From Antedon mediterranea (taxonomy: Eukaryota; Animalia; Echinodermata), in contig NC_092675.1 in NCBI RefSeq assembly GCF_964355755.1, positions 1,235,812 through 1,299,811 of the forward strand: 64,000 nt of DNA, written 5' to 3'. Shown in pieces: positions 54,401 to 64,000 of this stretch. The notes beneath the pieces are model-generated. The model was not told the origin of the DNA. It worked only from the letters and a program-made list of their open reading frames with translations, and searched no databases. Made by a program: the position numbers and the translations under genes. Numbering within the stretch: position 1 is the first letter of the stretch; the number at the start of each line of letters is the position of its first letter.

Positions 54401-57400
54401 GGTTCTACAAACATTTTAAAAATGTACTTCAAATGTTATATGACTTCAATAGCCACTTACTTTGTGTGTTCAAACAATATTTTAAGAGCAAGTAATTGAG
54501 CTTATAGGCCTATCAAGAATGAATAAATTAGTGTAGGCATTACACCATTACATTACACTACATTACACCATTACAGTACTATTGTTGTATAAGTTACTCA
54601 TAATCACACAAATTGTAGGCATTACACCATTACAGTACTATTGTTGTATAAGTTACTCATAATCACACAAATTTATGATTCTTGCGTCATGTTATCAAAT
54701 TGAGTTCAGATTTGCATATATATAAAGATAATGCGTTTGTGTTCTTAGTTCATATATGGTATGTCTAAAACTTCTAGAGATTACTTTTTCCTAGTATCCG
54801 CATATGGGTAAACAAGTATATATACATTGTAATGATTGCCATCTACACTTCAGACGGTATGTAAACAAGCATTGGGTTATATCTATGCAGCAAATCTAAA
54901 ACCTTTGCTAGAGAATATTTGTCATTTTACACACTGTTAAACGGCTATCAATGAAATAGCAAGCAAAAAAATAAATTATACCATTAAAGGGCACTTACCG
55001 TCTGAATGGTCAATTATCTGCTTTTTCTCAGCAGCTTCTGTGGACCCAATAGAACTATATGCAACAACACTAATGTAAAACTCATCAAACATCGAAATGT
55101 CTGTAGGAAAATAAAATATACTTTAACGCATGTTTATGTAAATTTGCATAAATAGTATGTATAATAAGTGTAATAAATGGTCATTTATTTGCTTTTGCTA
55201 AGCAGCTTATGTGGACCCAATATAACTATATGCAACCACACTAATGTAAAAGTCATCAAACATCGAAATTTCTGTAAGAAAATATAATAAATTTTAAAAC
55301 ATGTCTGTGTAAAATTGCATAACTAGTATGTATATTATAATAAGTGTAAAAGTATTAACGTACCATGTATGGTCATATTAACAGAAAAATTAGAAACATT
55401 ATGTTGTTCACTAATTGTTTGACAATCACTTTGCCACAGAGTTACTTGGTAACCTTGAAGTTTACCGTTCAGTTCATCTTCTGAAAATTTCTAAAAACAA
55501 AACAAAATTGTTTATCAAATATTTATTTTATAAATATTGGTGCCAACGCTGGTAAAGAAAACATTATACTATACCTTCCATTGCACCAGGATATCTCTTG
55601 TAAAAGTATAATTGGTAGCAGTGATATTAAAATCAACATGACCTTCGGGTTCTATTTTTAATAAAGATGTTTACTAAAATTAGTTTGGTAAACAATAAAT
55701 AATTATTGGGATTTAAACTTAAGGATTGGGTAAGAAACATCCATCATTTATGGAGAAAGATTGGAGGTACCGACTTGAGGGAGGGAGTCAGAATTAAACA
55801 CAATATTTTCCATCGCATCAAATATTCATATTATAACAGAAATTCCCTTGCTGACCATGCCACCTTCCGATGCAAACATGTTATAATTCCAGTACATACT
55901 CAAGAAAGATATTGCTTTTCAGATGTTACTCTACATAGTTTATCTACCGTTGTATCTTTTTAATCGGACTTGCTGTCAACCAACATTTCTTTGTAATTTT
56001 ACGAAGATAAATAAATGTCTTATATTATAACATTTGGTATACATTTAAAATAAGTGAAGTCTATGTATTATCAAGACTAGACAAACTTACCACCTTCCAG
56101 TGTTTGAGCTGAATACGTTGGTCCCCAATCACTCCAATCGTTATACTGAAATTGTGAACGTGCTTGTAGGTTGTACCGAGTGTAGGGCTCAAGTTTAATA
56201 ATAGTAATTGTTACATCATAACTATTGTTAACGTATAAATCCTGTAAAGCAAATTATGAAAATAATTAAAAAATATTTTACCTGTATGTGAATGCTCAAA
56301 ATATCTAATCAAATCGTAATAAAGACACAAATTTAGACAGATACTCTTAAAAACTACGACAATAATGATGAGATTATGATCATAAAACGATTACTGTGGC
56401 CTAGAATTTGCAACAGTAAATTCATATTGTACCTCTGTCCAGTTACCGTTAGTGTTATTCTTGCAGTAACGGATTTGGTAACGTAAGCTGTACGTATATG
56501 TAGTAATATCTGGTTGAAGTTCAACATTAATCGACATTGACGTATTGGTTGGCTCTACATGCTGGATATTTGGCGGAAGAGGAACAGCATCTAGACGAAA
56601 CACATTTTACATTTTGTTATTTTCCACACACAGGCAGCCGAATTCGATATGAAAGTTATACATGATATAAGTATTATTGGTGGTAAATCCAAAGGCAATT
56701 ACGGAAAATGTGACAAATAAAATTAGCACAAATTTTAATAAAAACGATAAAGTAAAACATCCAGAAAGGAAGTGCCAAGTCAGGGATAATGAGATTATTT
56801 TTATTGTTATTTCATAAAAACCATTGATTTCTCTTCAATTAACGAATTTATCCTTTTTATTAATTTTTTTATGATATATACTTTTTACTTGCGCTAATTC
56901 TTATAGCTTAATAAGTAATAAATGTTTTCTTACCTTTGCTGGGATCAAAATCAATTTTGGTTAAGGCGTTGCCAAGATAATTGCTTACTTTTACCCTGAC
57001 ACTGTGGTCAATTCCTGGATTCAAATAAGTTCCATTGTCGTCTTTAAGTGGAACATTACACTTGAAATTACCTACATATTCAGGGCAAGGATGCCAGCGT
57101 ATGTTGTTTCTGTGAAATATTAAATAATTTATTTTGGTAATTTGCATATTCAAATAAGTAGCAACATTGTATATAAGAAATAAAGTTACTTAGAAAATAT
57201 TCAATTTTTAATAGATAAAACAAGGAATCTAATTTACAACAAATTCAATCTTTAGAAAGAAAGCTTTATATGCCCTGATGAAATAAAGTGCCTTTTCTAC
57301 ACACAATTAAACACTAGGTACTTACGTTCCATCTCCATATTCGAATATATACGTATCTTTTAAATTTGTATATTGGATCTCTGACCACTCGCACCAGTAA

Positions 57401-58901
57401 TCGACTATATTAGTTGAAAAACAGTTGAGTGTTGGTTTAGATGGTGCCACTATAAATGAGTAAAAACTGTTTTTTTTTAATCTGACAAATATGATGAAGA
57501 TGATGAGTTGGTTGTTATATGGGCCTGTTTTTGGTTTGAGGTGTGTAGTGTGGGTAAAGAAGATCATGCAATTTCAAAAGGAACACATCTGTGTTATCTA
57601 TGTCGTTACATTGGTGCTAATTCAGTGTCTTTTATTTCGGAGAAATGTCATCCATATCAACAAACGTACAGACAGAAAAAGAAAAAAGAAAATTCGCAAG
57701 CAACAAGAATATTACAACTATTCAACATATTACGTTGCATGAAGCCATAGATAGATTTTCGCATATACTCATTAAAGGAAGGGACACCATCATACTGGAA
57801 CTACTGCTTCTAGAAACATTCAGTATACGCAAATATTTAATGTTAGGGCATGGTTCTATTAAACAGATTTAATTCCTGAATTTGAATGTAAACTTACTTC
57901 CTATGTGAAAATATGTTCCAGCCCATGACGACGAATTAGATAGATAACAATAATATTGATCTCTATGATTTGCCATCGTTAAGTTCTGTAACCTTAGCAT
58001 AGCCTCTAAGTCTGAAATGATATCTATCTGCGATGGGTCTATTCTATCAGTATCTTTACCATAACTAGTCGTCCATATGATATCTCTTGATGTATAAGTG
58101 GATGAATTATCTAATGTACAAGTAATATTTATATCCGATTCGACAGGTAGGATAGGATCCAACGGTGCAATGGTCACTAAAGATAATATGCAATTGATTA
58201 AGTACAGCTTTTGTACAAAAACAGCTATCAGACATAAATGTAAAGAAATTAACATTACATTAACATTAATATTGTACGAATGTCTAAAGCTCTGTCTACA
58301 CTATCAAACTAGTTTAACAAAAACAAAGTGTCATATGCCTAAATATGGTAGTGATATGCCTAAATATGGTAATGATATGACTTCATCATGTCCATTATGA
58401 GTACATCACATTTTGTTGTCACATAAAGAGCTATAAAGAAGCCTAAGTAGGGTCTAAAATATAGGAAACGATACACATTTTTCGTTGAGTATTTATAAGA
58501 AGTTCCACTTGTTGTTGAAAAGGAATATAACTAGAATCAAGCATAGCTGTGAAATGTAGTCAGTCTAATTATTTCCTTATTGCTTTCGTGTCGTATTCGT
58601 TTTATTATAGCATGCTATCTTTATAAAATAATTGTTTCCTCTATGATGCTTTCGTGATAGTTTTTTCTGGTCTGACAGGTAAAACAAAAGGAAACTTTTC
58701 TGCAGAAGATTACAATATTACAATATTATGTTTTGTTATGTATCCTTCTAATAAACAGTGGGGGTGTTTTTATTTTCAGGTAAATAATAGTAATTATTCA
58801 TGTGAGGAAAGATAAATAATAAATTGTGTTTTACCTGCACCATAACAATAGGCATGATGAATCTTAATGATTAGGCTGGCAAGTATATAAAATGTAGCCA
58901 T
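50265..58901 (-). CDS. Class I cytokine receptor-like paralog D, gp130/Domeless-like tall receptor (SP-Ig-CBM-4xFN3-TM-tail, ~1126 aa)
   Basis: Exons 58835-58901, 57898-58176, 57326-57449, 56934-57109, 56433-56590, 56091-56241 (WSDWG), 55575-55651, 55364-55490, 54999-55100, 53951-54079, 53664-53828, 53036-53314, 52434-52724, 52087-52220 (TM + KYFKKWPEPKI), 50265-51386 (tail). Total 3381 nt, all GT-AG, in frame. Confidence 0.85.
50538..51017 (-). repeat. Coding tandem repeat, 5 x 96 bp (32 aa DENQNPETKGTQEECSSTNDFSDSEPYTKIVT) in the cytoplasmic exon of paralog D
   Basis: Directly visible in ORF 50265-51386; period of 96 nt confirmed (atatggttcagaatc at 50553, 50649, ...). Confidence 0.95.
51445..51990 (-). 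mobile_element. Probable degraded retroposon 3' end with poly(A) tail in the last intron of paralog D
   Basis: Long poly-T on the plus strand at 51445-51478 followed by tttatt; weak LINE-like residues (KPLF, IKHS..LDSF) in broken frames. Confidence 0.4.
54530..54672. repeat. Short tandem duplication (~60 bp) with (cattaca)n
   Basis: ccattacagtactattgttgtataagttactcataatcacacaaatt occurs twice. Confidence 0.85.
55184..55271 (-). pseudogene. Duplicated copy of the paralog D FN3 exon 54999-55100 with in-frame stop (pseudo-exon or alternative terminal exon)
   Basis: Acceptor tttcttacag intact; reads ISMFDDFYISVVAYSYIGST*; donor lost; minus-strand AATAAA at 55184-55189. Confidence 0.75.
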
Positions 58902-61334
58902 GTTGTATTGATTTTATTATCTGGTGAAGAAAAAAATATTTAATCAATAATTTATTATACAATTAATTGATTATATGGAGTGTTTAGCTATGTTTAATTA
59001 TTTTGATGTTGAACTTGAAGAAACTGATTAATCAATAATAATGATAATTAATTAATATTATTAATTCATTTTATAGAGTTTTAACTTTTGGGGAGAAACA
59101 ATAAAACTTATGATTAGTAAAGGATTAACATTATATATATTATTAAATAATTATTATATAGTTTAGCCATGTTTATGACCTGCATGAGGAAAAACATGAT
59201 AAAAATATATTTATATTTATAGGTGTAGGCTTACATATTATGTGAAATTGTATCTATGTATATGCCGATAGCGTGTAATTTGATACATTACACTAAGCTA
59301 AAATATAAATATTTGTGATTGCATTTCTAAGAATACAGTGATGTCATGATTGAGGAAATAAAATATGGAATAATAAAAACAAAAAAAACTGTAAAAAAAC
59401 AACATCGTTGGTAGATTATAAGGAAACGCTTCACAGTCAGGTAATGTGATTTGTGTTACTTCTTACCTGGATAAGTCGGTGATCTTTCCACCAAAGTTAC
59501 CGATAATTGTCTTACTTACTCCAGCACCAGTAAATAAGCCTGAAACATAATTTTGCGTACTGTATTAAAACTTATTAATTAAAACCACACATTGAAAAGT
59601 AGTTTAATTCAATCCGCTGATATGTTTCGCATGCGAGTTATACCTACATTTGGCCCTTATTATATTTTTTAACAATTTATACCAATTACGTTTTATTATT
59701 TTAAATACTCCTTGGGAACACAGAAAGATGGTTATTTCAGATGTTTACGGAAACTATTTGTTCATAGTACCGAGACTCGGAAGTGTATAATGATACTTAT
59801 AACGATTGGTATTGGCTATTGGATATGACTCTAAATCCTAAAAATATTACCTATACATTTTACATGGATGTATATAGTTATTGGATGATAGTAGAAATAT
59901 TACCAATATTACAAATAACTAAGTAATTTAGTCCAGTGCTTATAATCTTATTAATTTCAGAAAGCTGTATTTAAAGAATTAATAACCACTAATGAAACTT
60001 TTGATTATACTCAATAATGTTGTCCATCAAAGGGTTTATCTGTGGCTGCGACACGATCAGTTTCTTCACGCCAATTAACAGAACAGTGCCGTTCATAGTA
60101 CATAACAGTTGGTATTTGTCGCAGCCAGACATAAGGCAAGGTGAGCTCAGTGTCCTGGGTGATTGCCTTGCTCTTACATTGACATCTATTACTACACTTG
60201 CGTGCAGTATACACATTTTTCTTTCTTATTTCTGATTATTGTTCATTTGTGATTGCTATATCAGTAAACCTATTCACAACTTTTATATCAATACACCAGG
60301 CAGGAGATTTCTTACAACAACGACAATCGTACAAACGCTCCCTAGTATAAAATAGATAACTTAATAGTATAACAATTATAGGTCAAACCTGTAAGAACAT
60401 ACACTTACCTTTCACAAGTTCATTCAAAATATTATGTATAAGCATAAAATGCAACACATTTTGAGACCAGCTCCTGCCAGCTACTAAATAGAAATGCACT
60501 TTAGAATTTGTACCTTTACATTTTAAATAATCATGTTTACTCACTTTACTTATCAGGTTCATACATAAGTGTGTTGCCACAACTCGATATTTATTTAACC
60601 AGTTCTATAAGTCCAGAAATGATTAAACAACAATTACAAGCTAAACACGTCTCCTTAAATGTTCAAAAGACGCATTATATTCTGTCGGTTTTTTTCTCTC
60701 AAGCTTGGAGCCAAAAAATATGTTGTTCCGTGTGTCTAAAGCAAATAGGCCTTTGGCATGTTTATTTGGCCTATTTGAGTCTATGTACTAAACACAACTA
60801 TTTATTTCTTTATTCTGATATAAAATCAATAGGATAAATACACAAAAAAGTACCGAGACGGCAAACTTATTTCCATTGTGGTCCTGGTCCTACTATAGCC
60901 TATTACAGTTCAATAGATGAATAATTCGTTTACAGGAATTGAAAAGTTCATGTCACTATTATACATCATTTTTATTGTTATTTTTGTTATTTTTATTGTT
61001 AATACGGATGTACCAACACCTTCAAAACACTTTTTAATACGTTTTCTATAGCAACAGAAAAAAGTTTCAACTTTCAAATTCGTAAAGAACGATGAACTTC
61101 AGATAACACGGACGGTACCTAAAACTTGCAAGTGTATATAAAATAATAGTATAATGTAAAATGTTCTGTATAGAATAACATTGCATATTTATAATAAGTG
61201 TTTAGTGTACCAGACGTATGTTATGTTAAACTGTTTCAATCCTTAGTGTAACAAGAGATTTCAATTCCAACTTTACATGCGTTTGACAAGTTTTTTCGGT
61301 TGAGATTTTATTCAGCAGAGCTTCCACTCGGATG

Positions 61335-64000
61335 GATTTGATCGAAAAATGACCAAATTTCGACCTTCTTATTTTTCGACATAAAGTGGTCCCATGGTAT
61401 GCCGGCACTTTAGGATGAAGATATGGCACTATAATACGTACACATATAGCAATATTAGTGCATAATAATTGGACTTTAAATTCCAAATAATTTGGGTGAT
61501 TTTTCAAAAAAATCCATGTACTAATAGTACAGGGATTTTCTCGAAAAATGACGAAATGTTTATATTTTTCGACATAAAGTTATCCAATGACACTTTAAAA
61601 TGATAATATGACATTATACGTGCACATATAGCAATATTAGTGCATAATAATTGGATTTTAAAAAGGTCAAAATTTGGGTGATTTTTCAAAAAATCCCTGA
61701 TTTTCTCGAAAAATGACCAAATTTCGACCTTTTTATTTTTCGATATAAAGTGGTCCAATGACACTTTACGATGATGATGTGGCACTATACGTGCACATAT
61801 AGCAATATTAGTGCATAATAATTGGATTTTAAAAAGGTCGAAATTTGGGTGATTTTTTCGACATAAAGTTATCCAATGACACTTTAAAATGATAATATGA
61901 CATTATACGTGCACATATAGCAATATTAGTGCATAATAATTGGATTTTAAAAAGGTCGAAATTTTGGTGATTTTTCAAAAAATCCCTGATTTTCTCGAAA
62001 AATGAAAAAATTTCGACCTTTTTATTTTTCGATATAAAGTGGTCAAATGACACTTTACGATGATGATATTGCACTATACGTGCACATATAGCAATATTAG
62101 TGCATCATAAGTGGATTTTAAAAAGGTCGAAATTTGGGTGATTTTTCAAAACATCCCTGTAGGCCTACTATACTGCCCCGTCAGGAAAGAACGACTCAAC
62201 TTCATAAAAGCATAAAAGTTTTGAGATAATCAACAAAACGTGTTCTTATTTTAGCTCTTCACGTGTGCAGATAATGTTATTTTGATTAGCATAATAAACA
62301 TGCGCAAAGGCGAATAATGGGTTTTGCGCATGTCAATTGTGCTATAGTAACCAGTTTTATCGAAAAATAAAAAGGTCGAAAATGTGCCAATTTTTGAAAA
62401 ATCCCTGTACTATAGTACAGGAAAATTTGTGAAAAATGGCCGATTTTCGACCCTTTTATTTTTTGACATAGGCCTAAATAGTTACTATTGCATAATAAAC
62501 ATGCGCAGAACCCATTATTCGACTCTGCGCATTTTTATTATGCTATAGTAACCATTTATGTCAAAAGCGGTTACTTTTGACATAAATGGTTACTATAGCA
62601 TGATAAGCATGCGCAGAGTCGACTAATGGGTTCTGCGCATGTCAATTGTGCTATAGTAACCAGTTTTATCGAAAAATAAAAAGGTCGAAAATTGGCCATT
62701 TTTTGAAAAAAATCCCTGTACTATCATAACCAGTTTTGACATAAATGGTTACTATAGCACAATTGACATGCGCAGAACCCATTATTCGACTCTGCGCATG
62801 TTTATTATGCTATAGTAACCATTTATGTCAAAAGTGACTTAAATGGTTACTATAGCATAATAAACATGCGCAGAGTCGACTAATTGTGCTATAGTAACCA
62901 GTTTTCTCGAAAAATAAAAAGGTCGAAAATTGGCCATTTTTTTTTTGACATAAGTGTTATTGTTTATTGTAAATGTTTATTCTTATGGTGTTTTTATCCT
63001 TAAGGGCCACAATGGAAATAAGTTTGACCTTTGGTTACTTTTTTGTGTTACCCTGAATTCATTCTTTGTATTTTTTTTTTATGTTGTGTTATTTTATGAA
63101 TTCGAATAAAGAAATGAAAAAAAAAAAAAAATGAAATAAATTTATTTTTTGACATAAATGGTTACTATTGCATAATAAACATGCGCAGAGGCGAATAATG
63201 GGTTCTGCGCATGTCAATTTTTTTTTTATGTTGTGTTATTTTATGAATTCGAATAAAGAAATGAAAAAAAAAAAAAAATGAAATAAATTTATTTTTTGAC
63301 ATAAATGGTTACTATTGCATAATAAACATGCGCAGAGGCGAATAATGGGTTCTGCGCATGTCAATTGTCTATAGTAACCAATTTTGACATAAATGGTTAC
63401 TATAGCATAATAAACATGCGCAGAGGCGAATAATGGGTTCTGCTCATGTCAATTGTGCTATATTAGCCGGTTTTATCGAAAAATAAAAAGGTCAAAATTT
63501 GCCATTTTTTGAAAAATTCCTGTACTATAGTACAGGAAAATTTTCGAAAAATGGCCGATTTTAGACCCATTTATTTTTTGACATAAATGGTTACTATTGC
63601 ATAATAAACATGCGCAGAGGCGAATAATGGGTGTCTGCGCATGTCAATTGTGTTATAGTAACCAGTTGTGACATAAATGGTTACTATAGCATAATAAACA
63701 TGCGCAGAGGCGAATAATGGGTGTCTGCGCATGTCAATTATGCTATAGTAACCAGTTTTATCGAAAAATAAAAAGGTCAAAAATTTGCCAATTTTTTGAA
63801 AAATCCCTGTACTATAGTACAGGAAAATTTTCGAAAAATGGCTGATTTTAGACCCATTTATTTTTTGACATAAATGGTTACTATTGCATAATAAACATGC
63901 GCAGAGACGAAAAATTGGTTCTGCGCATGTCAATTGTGCTATAGTAACCATTTTTGACATAAATGGTTACTATAGCATAATAAACATGCGCAGAGGCGAA
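61335..64000. repeat. Satellite / foldback-like repeat block: two related unit families with direct and inverted copies, running off the window end
   Basis: 61335-62160 repeats gcacatatagcaatattagtgcataataattggatttt; 62290-64000 repeats ttgacataaatggttactatagcataataaacatgcgcagagg..ctgcgcatgtcaattgtgc, with inverted units (e.g. 62497-62545, 62755-62830) and palindromes ctgtactatagtacag. Confidence 0.9.

Noticed and set aside
7775-58400. Recurrent plus-strand ORFs such as 7775-7984, 23852-24037, 43372-43575 and 58098-58400
   Set aside because: These are antisense shadows of the paralogous Ig exons.
5728-58901. Assigning gene symbols such as IL6ST, LIFR, CRLF1 or dome
   Set aside because: Architecture is similar but orthology cannot be established without phylogeny; the copies are local paralogs of one another.
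59989-60580. Short ORFs on both strands and exon-like splice signals (60409-60480), including a CSNRCQC motif
   Set aside because: No recognisable family and no coherent multi-exon frame; could be a decayed transposon or non-coding exons.
61226-63960. ORFs of 81-129 aa in the terminal repeat block
   Set aside because: They are translations of satellite units with repeated peptides and no domain signature.

Overview
AT-rich, intron-rich eukaryotic genomic DNA (repeat content and gene families suggest a marine invertebrate, possibly an echinoderm; inference only). No prokaryotic features and no CRISPR. The left end holds a 4-exon plus-strand gene for a secreted PAN/apple + fibrinogen-C protein. 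Most of the window (5.7-58.9 kb) is a minus-strand tandem array of four paralogous class I cytokine receptor-like genes (gp130/Domeless type: signal peptide, Ig, cytokine-binding module with C-x9-C-x-W and a WSDWG variant of WSxWS, FN3 repeats, TM, Box1-like WPEP, Tyr-bearing tail). I reconstructed these exon by exon by hand with GT-AG sites and consistent phases. Each paralog has a different architecture. A is apparently secreted (Ig-CBM). B is a 24-exon receptor with three CBMs. C has Ig + half-CBM + S/T stalk + TM and lacks the WSDWG domain. D is a tall receptor with four membrane-proximal FN3s and a 5x 32-aa Tyr repeat in its tail. Introns and spacers carry tRNA-derived SINEs, LINE 3' fragments, several MITE families, 32-bp and 16-bp minisatellites and a terminal satellite block. 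All gene models are predictions without transcript evidence.
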